Assembly (NCBI GenBank): GCA_000406005.1
Contig: ASZN01000014.1
Location: 11,309 to 75,308 of the forward strand
Origin: Candidatus Poribacteria bacterium WGA-3G
GTDB taxonomy: Bacteria > Poribacteria > WGA-4E > WGA-3G
Length of the DNA: 64,000 nucleotides
Direction: 5' to 3'
In this document: piece by piece, positions 26,609-35,888 of the stretch
How positions within the stretch are numbered: the first letter of the stretch is position 1
Layout of the letters: the number at the start of each line of letters is the position of its first letter
Translations under genes and position numbers: made by a program
The notes under the pieces: generated by a model
Seen by the model: only the letters and a program-made list of their open reading frames with translations
Databases searched by the model: none
Told to the model about the DNA's origin: nothing

Positions 26609-27433
26609 ATGTTAGAAACGAACATTCATCCGACGGCTATTATCTCTCCAAAGGCAACACTGGAAAGGGATGTCAAGGTCGGACCTTATAGTCTTATCGC
26701 CGAAGACGTTCATATTGGTCGAGGTACTGTGATAGGTCCGCATGTTCAAATCGAGAAATGGACAATCATCGGTGAAGAGTGCAAGATTTTCTTCGGCGCA
26801 ACCATTGGTAACGAATCTAAAGACTTGAAGTACGGCGGCTGGCGGAGTTATGTTAAGATCGGTAATCGCAATATATTACGGGAGTACGTTTCTATCTCAA
26901 GATCAACATTTGAAGAGGGTTCAACGATCGTAGGAGACAACAACCTGCTGATGAATTGGGTCAATATTGCGCATGATAGCATCGTCGGTAATAGAACAAT
27001 CATGGCAAACTTTGTGTCGCTTGCGGGCCATGTTATGATTGAGGATGATGTCCGATTGGGTGCGCATGCTGCGCTTCATCAATATGTACGCGTCGGCAAA
27101 ATGGCGATGGCTGGCGGTTTCTCAAAGATTGTCCAAGATATTCCACCGTTTGCGTTGTCGGCGGGTCAACCGGCGCGTGTCCGAGACCTTAATCGTATCG
27201 GTATCCGAACATCGCGGATCAATCCTCTGTCGCAGTTGACCGCTGAAGCACTTTCAGCGTTAAAGAAGGCGTTCCGAATTCTGTTCCGTTCAGGTTTACC
27301 GCTCAAACACGCTGTCGCGAGAGTCAAAGTAGAACTCGAAATGACCCCTGAAGTCGAATACCTTCTCGAATTTATTGAAACTTCTAAACGGGGTATCGGA
27401 TTTAGCCAACCCAATCGCATCTTGAGTGGCTAA
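26609..27433 (+). CDS. lpxA: acyl-ACP--UDP-GlcNAc O-acyltransferase
   Basis: IHPTAIISPKA followed by hexapeptide repeats and the C-terminal helical domain. Confidence 0.9.
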   Translation: MLETNIHPTAIISPKATLERDVKVGPYSLIAEDVHIGRGTVIGPHVQIEKWTIIGEECKIFFGATIGNESKDLKYGGWRSYVKIGNRNILREYVSISRSTFEEGSTIVGDNNLLMNWVNIAHDSIVGNRTIMANFVSLAGHVMIEDDVRLGAHAALHQYVRVGKMAMAGGFSKIVQDIPPFALSAGQPARVRDLNRIGIRTSRINPLSQLTAEALSALKKAFRILFRSGLPLKHAVARVKVELEMTPEVEYLLEFIETSKRGIGFSQPNRILSG

Positions 27434-27484
27434 TTTTTCTCTTGACACTTGGCGTTCAAAAACTCGTTACTCTTAAAAAACGAT

Positions 27485-28303
27485 ATGCGGAGTGAAGCGG
27501 TGGAAAAATTAGGGATTATTGCAGGTGCAGGTAAGCTACCGGTGTTATTGGCACGTGCCGCTGTCAACCATGATCGGGAACCCGTTGTCATCCAAATTAC
27601 AAAGTCTGACGCAGAACGCTTTGCCGGCATCGCACACGAAATCCATACTTATGGCGTTGGACAGATTCAAAAGATCGCTCGGACCCTTCTCAATTCTGGT
27701 GTAAAAGAGGTCGTGATTATCGGTAAAGTCGAAAAGAATATATTGCTTCGTCCCTTCCAAATTGATACGACGACCCTTAAAATTTTAGTTCAGAACCGCC
27801 GCGAAAAACCTGCCACAATTGTCAACGCAGCCCTCAACTCCCTCGAATCCACTGGACTCACTATCCTCCCGCAAGATCGGTATCTCGAGGACCTGCTTCC
27901 GCATCCGGGTGTTTTAACAAAGCGACGACCCACCGAAAGTCAATGGAAAGACATTGAACTCGGTATCACGACTGCGCGCCAAATCGCGGATATGGATATT
28001 GGACAGACTGTTGTCGTCAAAAATCAGATTGTACTTGCGATTGAAGCGATTGATGGGACAGATGCGACGATTAAGAGGGGTGGCAACCTTGGAAGGAAAG
28101 GGTCTGTTGTCGCGAAAGCCGCCGCCGCGAATCACGACTTTCGGATTGATGTGCCGACGGTAGGGCAACAGACGCTATCGGCGTTGCATCAAGTTAAAGC
28201 GGGTGTGTTGGCAGTAGAAGCACGTCGCACCTTCGTTATGGATCCGGAAATGCTTATCCAGCAGGCAGACCGATGGAAGATTGCTATTGTTGCTGTCGAG
28301 TAG
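27485..28303 (+). CDS. lpxI: UDP-2,3-diacylglucosamine diphosphatase LpxI (DUF1009)
   Basis: Contains LGIIAGAGKLP, DIGQTVVV, EAIDGTDATIKRG and DVPTVG. ATG at 27485; the track's start at 27449 is a TTG. Confidence 0.8.
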   Translation: MRSEAVEKLGIIAGAGKLPVLLARAAVNHDREPVVIQITKSDAERFAGIAHEIHTYGVGQIQKIARTLLNSGVKEVVIIGKVEKNILLRPFQIDTTTLKILVQNRREKPATIVNAALNSLESTGLTILPQDRYLEDLLPHPGVLTKRRPTESQWKDIELGITTARQIADMDIGQTVVVKNQIVLAIEAIDGTDATIKRGGNLGRKGSVVAKAAAANHDFRIDVPTVGQQTLSALHQVKAGVLAVEARRTFVMDPEMLIQQADRWKIAIVAVE

Positions 28304-28325
28304 TTTCTACATTTTTGTGATTAAA

Positions 28326-28361
28326 GGAAAAAAGCGGAGACGATACAGTGATAGCCTCCGC
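28326..28361 (-). terminator. rho-independent terminator of the SelW-like gene
   Basis: On the minus strand, GCGGAG-(16 nt)-CTCCGC is followed by UUUUUU, about 20 nt after the TAG. Confidence 0.55.
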
Positions 28362-28381
28362 CATCTCAAAGTTTTTCCAAA

Positions 28382-28612
28382 CTATGCTGCGTCTATTGCA
28401 GCTGCAATCTGCTCTGTCGTTGGAAACTGCCGAGTCTCTAACTTCGAGTAGAGCAACGTTCCGTTTAACGAGACTTCAAAAGCCCCACCACTGCCCGGAA
28501 CGAGATCAACTTGCTTAACTTCTGCACCATACTTCTCTTTTAAGGCATCTGCCAAACTGGCTGCCCGTGGTTGGTAGTTTCAAGAGGTGCAATATTCAAT
28601 TTTCACTTCCAT
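28382..28612 (-). CDS. SelW/Rdx-family selenoprotein (CxxU), 76 codons, not in the ORF track
   Basis: Manual translation gives MEVKIEYCTS-U-NYQPRAASLADALKEKYGAEVKQVDLVPGSGGAFEVSLNGTLLYSKLETRQFPTTEQIAAAIDAA. AGGAGG lies 9 nt upstream of the ATG (28612). In-frame TGA at 28580-28582 and TAG stop at 28382-28384. The IEYC..U...RA..L...G.FEV..NG.L.YSK pattern matches Rdx proteins. Confidence 0.75.
28544..28565 (-). promoter_or_regulatory. bacterial SECIS-like stem-loop
   Basis: The mRNA reads GGCA GCCA GUU UGGC aga UGCC, starting 15 nt after the UGA. The GUU apical loop lies 23-25 nt after the UGA. Confidence 0.5.
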
Positions 28613-28740
28613 GGGATGTTATCCTCCTGATTCGAGTTATGAGTAAATTCAACGCTTCACTACAAAATTCTACCATTAATACTACGTAATTGCAAGTTTT
28701 TTCGCGCCGTTATAAAAAATATGTGGACATCGCGAAGGAT

Positions 28741-28756
28741 TGGCACGAATCTTGCT
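28741..28756 (+). promoter_or_regulatory. sigma-54 (-24/-12) promoter candidate
   Basis: TGGCAC-GAATC-TTGCT is an exact match to TGGCAC-N5-TTGCW, about 100 nt upstream of the tonB-like ATG. Confidence 0.5.
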
Positions 28757-28855
28757 ACAATATATTTAGTATGACACACGTTTTAGACGAAAGGGACACG
28801 CAATAGGGTTTTAGACCGATTACCGATATAACGTTCGTAGACAGGTGTTTAAATT

Positions 28856-29668
28856 ATGAACAACGCTATCCAATTTCTGAACAAATCTGTATTTTTATCC
28901 ATCTGCCTTCACCTGATAGGTGTCGGAATAGCATCGTTGTCTGTTGTTGGAACATCGGACAAGTACGGCGATGCGATCGTCGCGGAGTTTGTCTCAGTCC
29001 AAACGCCTAAAGCCCGAAAAAAAATAGCCAGAACGCCACGTCGAATTGAGCTGCCTGAACCGACGCAACCAGAAAAGCTCCGCCTACAATCTTCGCGTGT
29101 GCAGACCCCGACGGAAGTCACCGACGTTCGACAAAACGAGCTGCAATTCGCTGTTGATACGCTCCCTGTCTCTACAACGCATCAGCCAGTGTTGGCGGGA
29201 ACCGGTATAACAGATAAACAGACACTTCAATCCAATTTGCCGCTTCGCCTGAGAAATGGCACTTCACAACCGGTTCGTTTTACACCGAGCCGGATGCCAC
29301 GTCCTGAGTGGACATCCACGCCGCCTGTTATTGCGAGCGCGCAAGCTGCGGAACTTCCACCGATTCCTGAGCTTTTCAACGAACCGACTGAAAACGCTCG
29401 ATTTTCCCGCAGGATTGATCCGATATATCCGGAATCCGCTCGTCTTGCCCACAAACAGGGGATTGTTGTGCTTGAAGCGACAATAGGTGTGGACGGCATA
29501 GCGAGAAATATCGAAATCGTCAAAGTTGTTGAAGTGAGTGGTTTAGGATGTGAAGAAGCGGCGGTTGCAGCACTTAAAGCGTCCCAGTTCGTGCCAGCGA
29601 AACAGGGCAAAGTTGTTGTCAGCCAACGCCTCCGTATCCCGTATCGTTTCCAATTCAAATCCGAGTAA
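28856..29668 (+). CDS. TonB family energy transducer
   Basis: N-terminal TM segment, a Pro-rich linker, and the C-terminal domain YPESARLAHKQGIVVLEATIGVDG....V..S.FVPA...G. Confidence 0.8.
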   Translation: MNNAIQFLNKSVFLSICLHLIGVGIASLSVVGTSDKYGDAIVAEFVSVQTPKARKKIARTPRRIELPEPTQPEKLRLQSSRVQTPTEVTDVRQNELQFAVDTLPVSTTHQPVLAGTGITDKQTLQSNLPLRLRNGTSQPVRFTPSRMPRPEWTSTPPVIASAQAAELPPIPELFNEPTENARFSRRIDPIYPESARLAHKQGIVVLEATIGVDGIARNIEIVKVVEVSGLGCEEAAVAALKASQFVPAKQGKVVVSQRLRIPYRFQFKSE

Positions 29669-29780
29669 TTCCGTATCTCTTCTCTCCCACGTGTTGTGTA
29701 TCTGTACTTTTTTCCAGTGCCGAGGCAAAAAGGCTTGCACTATCACGGCATTCCACATATAATTTCCTTTATCAAATATT

Positions 29781-30236
29781 CCGCTACAAAACCCCCTTGC
29801 TTTAGCTGGGAGATGTCGTAGCGGTTAACGGTTTGTGTCCAGAAAAAAACTTGACAATAAATAACAAATAGTAATATGATATTCCTTGTATTCGGCATTG
29901 GTTGTGAGTTGATGCACTGGTATATTGCTTGATATTCAGACAACTACGTAAAAGCCTATACACCTGAGAAATATCTAAAATATGCTCGTCATGTGTTCGG
30001 GAAATCCAAGTCATGTTGTATCCCACGAGAATGTAAAGAGATTAAGAGTCTCTCAGAACACATCAAATGTTCATAAGGCACTTCGGTGCGGGGTCAGGGT
30101 AGTGTCCCTTGTGCTTAGGCATAGTAAGACTTTCGTTTTTGACATTCTCAAAACAAAAGCAATGTTGTTTGAAGCCACGAATGCTTCCGCTTAGCAAAAC
30201 TTTGCGGAAGTCCCCATGCTTTAGCTGGGGGTCTAT
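29781..30236 (+). repeat. noncoding element NCE-1 (candidate structured RNA or non-autonomous mobile element)
   Basis: 5' nested hairpin CCGCTAC..CCCCCTTGCTTTAGCTGGGAG..GTAGCGG. TTGACA (29851-56) with a -10 of TAATAT or TATGAT. A ~330-nt body homologous to 39936..40406, including the UUCG-capped stem at 30078-30089. 3' hairpin CCCCATGCTTTAGCTGGGG (30212-30230). Confidence 0.55.
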
Positions 30237-30282
30237 CACAGCGTCTTAGAAACCATTCCTCAACGGAATAAGAGGGAACAAT

Positions 30283-31035
30283 ATGGATGTTCGACTTGAT
30301 AACAAAGTAGCTGTAATCACTGGTGCGGCGACAGGAATTGGTGCAGCGACGGCGATCGAATACGCCAAAGCGGGTGCGAAAGTTGTCTTTGGTGATATTA
30401 ATGAAGCAGATGCGCAGAAAACGCTCGATGCGATTGCTGAAAATGGTGGTGTTGCCAAGTTTCTACGCACAGATGTCACTATCGAATCCGAAGTTGCAGA
30501 TTTGATGGAGACTGCTAACACCGAGTTTGGTGGTATTGATGTCTTGGTAACTGCAGCGGGTGTCCTGCTCGGACCGAGCGTCCGTATTGACGATTTTGAA
30601 GCGGTGACCTTCGATACGGTGATTGATATAAATCTGAAAGGCACTTTTTTAGCACTTAAATACGCTGTTCCGATAATGCAAAGCGGGGGCGGCGGTGTTA
30701 TTCTGTGTATTGCTTCAGGGGCCGGTGTCCGTGGTGGAAGTTCCTCGGTTGCTTATGCTTCGAGCAAGGGTGGGGTCAATGGACTCGTCATGACAGTGGA
30801 GAACCAGGTCTCATCGATGAACATCCGTATGCATACGATCTGTCCTGGTGGACTCGCTACGCCTCTTAAACTCGGTCAGATTGCGGAATCGGCGAAGCGT
30901 GGAGGTCAAGATCCGGATGCTGCTGTTGCGAATGCCCGCAATTCGCTCGGTGATCCAGCAGGTGTGGCACGGGTGCTGACGTTCCTCGTTTCTGATGCCG
31001 GTTCATACATGCGGGGCCAGATCTTTACAAGGTAA
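30283..31035 (+). CDS. SDR family oxidoreductase
   Basis: Contains TGAATGIG, NLKG and YASSKGG. Confidence 0.9.
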   Translation: MDVRLDNKVAVITGAATGIGAATAIEYAKAGAKVVFGDINEADAQKTLDAIAENGGVAKFLRTDVTIESEVADLMETANTEFGGIDVLVTAAGVLLGPSVRIDDFEAVTFDTVIDINLKGTFLALKYAVPIMQSGGGGVILCIASGAGVRGGSSSVAYASSKGGVNGLVMTVENQVSSMNIRMHTICPGGLATPLKLGQIAESAKRGGQDPDAAVANARNSLGDPAGVARVLTFLVSDAGSYMRGQIFTR

Positions 31036-31057
31036 TCTTTGGGGTATTGGATTTTCT

Positions 31058-31423
31058 TTATTTCTCCTGAGGTGAAAAGATATAGTCGAAGTTGAGCCAT
31101 AGACTCTTTGAATAGCGGTAGAAGAGAACAGGGAAGATAGCAGAAAAGAGGGTCCATGTGCCCAGATTTACAAGAAAAGGGATCGCGGTGAAGCTTTGAA
31201 ACAAGAAATACCCGGTAAAAGCGATGAGGACGGTTGCACCATAGTTGAGGTACATCGCGCCGATGAAGTAACCTGACTCGCGTTCAAACTTCAAGCCGCA
31301 GGTCGTACAGTGCTTAAACATCGTGAAGACGGTTTGAAACAGCGGGCCTTCACCGCACCGCGGGCATTTCAGTCGGAAGCCGCAGCGCAGAATTTTACTG
31401 AGATTTCCAAACGTTAATTTCAT
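31058..31423 (-). CDS. DUF983-like zinc-ribbon membrane protein
   Basis: CPRCGEGPLF...CTTCGLKF followed by two TM segments. The likely ATG is at 31423. Confidence 0.65.
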   Translation of the reverse strand: MKLTFGNLSKILRCGFRLKCPRCGEGPLFQTVFTMFKHCTTCGLKFERESGYFIGAMYLNYGATVLIAFTGYFLFQSFTAIPFLVNLGTWTLFSAIFPVLFYRYSKSLWLNFDYIFSPQEK

Positions 31424-31427
31424 CGCC

Positions 31428-32186
31428 TTAGTAGGTGTTGTTATCCCAAAAGACTTTGAAGGTGCGGAGGAGTATTTTGAAGTCGTTCCAGAACGATAAG
31501 TTTTCGATGTACGCCAAGTCGACACGGATACCTTCTCGGATTGTTCCACGTCTACGAGGACTGAGCTGCCAGAGTCCGGTCATTCCGGGACGAACAAGGT
31601 GGCGTTGATTTTCCCATGTTTCATAACCCTTTGCGAGGAACGGCATCTCGGGTCTCGGACCTACGAGGCTCATTTCGCCCTTCAGTACGTTGAAGAGTTG
31701 CGGCAATTCATCTAAACTTGTTTTGCGGAGCCATTTGCCGACGGATGTGATACGTCTGTCTTCTGTCGAGTCGGGTTTCTCAGAATAGGTTGGCGTATTG
31801 ACATGTAGACTGCGAAACTTGTGTATGACAAACAGTTCGTTGTTCAATCCGACGCGTTTATGTGAGAAGAAGACATCACCACGCGATGTCAGTTTAATAA
31901 GGACGGCAATCAGTACCATCAACGGGGCAAAAATAAGGATAAGGAAAAATGCAGCGATAGTATCAAACAGATGTTTGCCACGCTTTGCGTAGAAAGAGGA
32001 GAGTCGTTCCACGAGAGTTCCTGTTTTGGGTGAAGTTTGCAAGTCAAAACCTGCAGTTAAACTTTCAGTGCGATGCGCGCTTGTCTCGCTTACATCTTTT
32101 CCTATCTGATTTATACTTCTTGATAGGAATGGCATGGTTAATTCCTCTGATTGCGGTTCAATTTTAGACGTGGGTTTACACAGCAT
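31428..32186 (-). CDS. polyprenyl-phosphate sugar-1-phosphate transferase (bacterial sugar transferase family)
   Basis: Contains KRGKHLFD.., [43 protein letters not shown] and [11 protein letters not shown]. Confidence 0.85.
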   Translation of the reverse strand: MLCKPTSKIEPQSEELTMPFLSRSINQIGKDVSETSAHRTESLTAGFDLQTSPKTGTLVERLSSFYAKRGKHLFDTIAAFFLILIFAPLMVLIAVLIKLTSRGDVFFSHKRVGLNNELFVIHKFRSLHVNTPTYSEKPDSTEDRRITSVGKWLRKTSLDELPQLFNVLKGEMSLVGPRPEMPFLAKGYETWENQRHLVRPGMTGLWQLSPRRRGTIREGIRVDLAYIENLSFWNDFKILLRTFKVFWDNNTY

Positions 32187-32200
32187 TTATAACTGTAACG

Positions 32201-33322
32201 TCATGAGTTCTGCTGAAGTTTCTCAAAAACATCAAGATATTGCTGTGCGATAATGTCCCAATTGAATCGGTTTTGGATCTGTTCTGGCGCGCGTCGCCGG
32301 AAATCTTCAACCATCTCCGCATTTTGTTCTAACATCATTATCTTTTCTGTAAGTGATCCGACATTTTTATCGAAAAGTACGCCATAGCGTCCACTCTCTA
32401 AAACCTCATCGTTGAACGGCGTATTCAATGCAAGAATGCAATTAGAAAACCCTAACGCTTTCAGAATTGAGGGATTAATGCCGCCGAATTGATGTCCGTG
32501 GACATAGGCGAAACAGTGATGGTGAAGTTCTTTAATATGTTCAGAATTGTCAATATGTCCAAGAAATTTGACTTTCTCGTTGGCAATACTTTTTAATTTT
32601 GTCAAAAATTCGTTTTCGAGTTTGTTCCCTTTGTAGTCAGCACCACCAGCGATAGCCAATTGTTTTTGACTGTTTGATGCGACGAAAGCCTCTAAAATGA
32701 GGTCGGCATTGTTATCAGGGACAAGTCTGCTTGCGATAAGATAATAATTCCGAGATTCAAGCCCATAATTCTCCAATATTTCTGGGTGTTCTGAAGGTTC
32801 GATATTGGCACCGTAAGCGATATAAGTTGTTTCTGCCCCCAATTCCTCAAGGTATAACCGTTTCATTTCGGAAGCATCGGTAATGACAATCGGAAATGCT
32901 GCCGTTGCCATCCTTGCCGCCCATTTGAAGTAGGCGGCACCGATTCCTTTCCATTTCGGTCGTAACCACTCCATTCCATCAACATTGATAACGGCGGTTT
33001 TACCTGCGATTCGGAAGAACCATCCGAACGGACCGTTGCCAGCGTTCCACGTCAGAATGACATCCGATGCGGTAACTGAAGCGTGTACGGTTGCGAGAAA
33101 ACTGTGACTGAGGGTGCTGAAGAACTTATGTTCTATGCTCGGTAAGTAAACGAGCTTGATGCCTTTCCATTCCGTCAGTCTCTCTTTAAAAAGTGCTTTT
33201 CGGCAATAAACGATGACTTCATGTCCAGCGTCAACCCACCGTGGAGCGAGTTCCCCCATGATCGTTTCCAATCCACTATAAGTGGCGGGAAGCCCGCGTA
33301 TACCCAGTACCCGAATTTTCAT
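32201..33322 (-). CDS. glycosyltransferase (DUF1972 N-terminus plus GT4/GT1 C-terminus)
   Basis: MKIRVLGIRGLPATYSGLETIMGEL plus a C-terminal GT-B domain. Confidence 0.8.
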   Translation of the reverse strand: MKIRVLGIRGLPATYSGLETIMGELAPRWVDAGHEVIVYCRKALFKERLTEWKGIKLVYLPSIEHKFFSTLSHSFLATVHASVTASDVILTWNAGNGPFGWFFRIAGKTAVINVDGMEWLRPKWKGIGAAYFKWAARMATAAFPIVITDASEMKRLYLEELGAETTYIAYGANIEPSEHPEILENYGLESRNYYLIASRLVPDNNADLILEAFVASNSQKQLAIAGGADYKGNKLENEFLTKLKSIANEKVKFLGHIDNSEHIKELHHHCFAYVHGHQFGGINPSILKALGFSNCILALNTPFNDEVLESGRYGVLFDKNVGSLTEKIMMLEQNAEMVEDFRRRAPEQIQNRFNWDIIAQQYLDVFEKLQQNS

Positions 33323-33360
33323 TCTTTTTCCTTACCTCGTCCGAACACATTCCTGTATAT

Positions 33361-33390
33361 ATTATACCCGCTATAGGCGTGAAAGTCCAA
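33361..33390 (-). promoter_or_regulatory. sigma-70-like promoter for the GT and priming-transferase genes
   Basis: On the minus strand, TTGGAC, 18-nt spacer, TATAAT, about 35 nt before ATG 33322. Confidence 0.3.
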
Positions 33391-33499
33391 TTTCTTTTCA
33401 GGCACGGCATCCAGAAGCGATGCTTTGTAACCTTTGATGATCAAAGGGACATAAATCTTCATTTTTTCTAACCCCTGAGGCGAACGTTTTATCGGTTTT

Positions 33500-35176
33500 T
33501 TACCATGGAATTCGGGAGAGGAACTTGGCTTCAATTTCATTTGCGTTTTCGTGTACATCTCGACGGTTTCCTAAGTTTTGTCGCCATACGCGCGCCCACT
33601 CCACATAGATTGAATAGCGTCCTATAACGACCCAGTTCGCTCCAACCGAAAGACGATGCTCGCTTTGCGTAATCCCAGAGAGCGGTGTCCATACGTCATC
33701 TTTTGGTGCGTCAGGAGGGTGTTCCTTATCAATATTGCCTGTCCCATGACGTTCTAATTCATATCCGAAAATTGTCTCAAGTTTGTCTGTCCACCGACGC
33801 CGTAGTTCTAACCAAAGATTATCTGCGTCAGAGCCGATTCCATGCCCAATAGGTGTGGTAAAATGTTTGTAGACGTTTACGGGGTTTACGTGTGTATATG
33901 CGTATTGGTTGATAAAAGCATACTCGGCGTGGAAATCTGTATCTTTAATGCCGAATGGATCTGTTAGGTATATCCCGCCTAAGATGCCGAACTTGGTATC
34001 CCAATGCTTGAAACTCACAGCAGGATTCCCGTCGTCAACCATGAGTTCACCATAAATTTCAAAGTTGTCTATGGGACGCAGGCGCATATCAACGCTCATC
34101 ATAACGTTATCGCCACTACCCGAAACCCGACCATCTGCCCGTGAAATAGGTTGCTCATTAATCAAGTAAATATTGACCGGATTCAGATAGCCCGGCTCAA
34201 AACGGTTGCCGTAGACGACGACTTCGGAAAGCCCAAAACCGAATCTGTTCCAGAAATACCCCTCCGCCCTATGTCCCGAAATATACTTATCGTTGATGTC
34301 CTGCGACATATCTTCTAATATGCCAGTGAAGGCAGTGAAGGTAATGGGTTCGTAGGTGGCTTGCAATTTGATCATGTCCATGGCGAGTGGGTTTTTAGAA
34401 ATTAGCAGGCTATCATGATAGCCGGGTCCCCACTGGAGTGTCTCTTGTCCGAGTTGCAGCTCAAACCATGGTAAATCAAATTTCATATAACCGTTAATGG
34501 CAGTCCGATTTTTGAGATCTCCCTCCAACTGTCTAATTTTCGTCTCATCGGGAAAGAAATCTTCAAAAATCTCACCGTATACGAATCTGTGCGCGACATC
34601 GGTAGTAAAAGCGAACGTCTCTCCTACTTGTCCATAAGCGTGTGGATAGATGGTGGTAACAAACATGTTCCCTTCGACGGGTTGCGCATCCGACAGATTA
34701 TCGACAAGGTGCGTGATCGCCTGTTGTGAGACTCTCATATCAAAAGAGAGGCGATAGTTTTCGCCGGCTTTCGTTATCACGTGAAATCGTCCGCCAGATG
34801 GATTTTCAGGTGTGGTCCCACTGCTGTTCTTCACAGCCGGTTTCGGAAACTCGCGGGCTTCTCGGTAAAATGTTAACAAGGCGTTTAACCGTGCTTGATC
34901 AATAGTACTCAATTCGATTTCGCCATTTTCCTGTTTCCGATGTACCTCCAATAGGTAGGATACCACTTGTTTTCGAGTCAGTGGTAAGGAACCCCGCCGT
35001 ATACCGGGTAAAACTCGCTTATTAAGTAAACGATGTACAAAGCGATAGGTTTCACGATTAAAATCAGAAAGATCTGGGTTAAGAGGAACGTTAATCAGTG
35101 AAGAGGCTTCTGTCAGCGGGGAAGCCAATAGCAACATTGCAAGATAGATCATTAAAAGGTTCCGTAAAACTATCAT
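33500..35176 (-). CDS. outer-membrane beta-barrel protein, Wzi-like (capsule assembly family)
   Basis: Signal peptide. N-terminal helical segment YRFVHRLLNKRVLPG..SLPLTRKQVVSYL. Alternating beta-strand pattern with a terminal aromatic (..SRIPW). Confidence 0.5.
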   Translation of the reverse strand: MIVLRNLLMIYLAMLLLASPLTEASSLINVPLNPDLSDFNRETYRFVHRLLNKRVLPGIRRGSLPLTRKQVVSYLLEVHRKQENGEIELSTIDQARLNALLTFYREAREFPKPAVKNSSGTTPENPSGGRFHVITKAGENYRLSFDMRVSQQAITHLVDNLSDAQPVEGNMFVTTIYPHAYGQVGETFAFTTDVAHRFVYGEIFEDFFPDETKIRQLEGDLKNRTAINGYMKFDLPWFELQLGQETLQWGPGYHDSLLISKNPLAMDMIKLQATYEPITFTAFTGILEDMSQDINDKYISGHRAEGYFWNRFGFGLSEVVVYGNRFEPGYLNPVNIYLINEQPISRADGRVSGSGDNVMMSVDMRLRPIDNFEIYGELMVDDGNPAVSFKHWDTKFGILGGIYLTDPFGIKDTDFHAEYAFINQYAYTHVNPVNVYKHFTTPIGHGIGSDADNLWLELRRRWTDKLETIFGYELERHGTGNIDKEHPPDAPKDDVWTPLSGITQSEHRLSVGANWVVIGRYSIYVEWARVWRQNLGNRRDVHENANEIEAKFLSRIPW

Positions 35177-35191
35177 ATTTCTGTTTTCATC

Positions 35192-35888
35192 CTATTTGAG
35201 AATTACCATTTGGCGTGTGGTTCTGAATTGGCCTGCCTGAAATGTGTAGAAGTAGATACCACTCGCGACCGGTTCACCGACAGCGTTTCGACCATCCCAA
35301 TATGCGGCGCGAGATTGTATGCGATAGGTGCCAGCCGTCTGTAAACCGAGGGATAACTGCCGAATGGATTCACCTTTTAAGTTATAAATGTCAATGTTGA
35401 CATCCGCGTCTTCTGCTAAATCATAAGGTATCCACGTCTCAGGGTTGAAAGGATTCGGATAGTTCGGCAAAAGCACAGTTTCCGTCGGCAGAGTTGTGTC
35501 GATGAGGCGTTCTAAAGTAGCGATCCCTTGTCGAAAAACGTCAGAACCGTCGTCTGCGAACCGGGCTTCGGTCAGCCATTCATCGGCAAGCGTAGCGTGT
35601 TCGGCGCGAAGATGCGTTGACGCGGGCGGTGCTGCAGGATTGACAGATTCGCCGAAATGTGCGGCGACAAGGAGCAGATCAATGATGTCGACACGTCCGT
35701 CCTTGTTCACATCAACCTTCGGTGGTTCTGGGGACGCTACATCGAAGTTGTTTGCGACTAAAATCAGGTCTTGAATATCAACAGTCCCGTCGCTATCTAT
35801 ATCCCAAGGTAGCATTTGTGGAACAGGGATTTGTTCTTGCGTTTCAGGCAAAGCCTCTCGCCATCCAGCATGAAGTTGCTCGCTGAGG
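35192..35888. repeat. ~697-bp near-identical segment shared with 37283..37979
   Basis: The 3' ends of the two sulfatase genes align without indels at high identity, whereas the catalytic parts are much more diverged. Confidence 0.85.

Noticed and set aside
29982-30194. 70-aa plus-strand ORF inside NCE-1, together with the minus-strand ORFs 29743..29943 and 29802..30026.
   Set aside because: There is no counterpart ORF in the homologous NCE-2 and no RBS. The similarity between the copies is at the nucleotide and structure level.
33319-33558. 79-aa minus-strand ORF between the Wzi-like and GT genes.
   Set aside because: It overlaps the Wzi-like 3' end in another frame and has no recognisable motif. 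The region is better explained by the promoter and palindrome. A short real peptide cannot be excluded.
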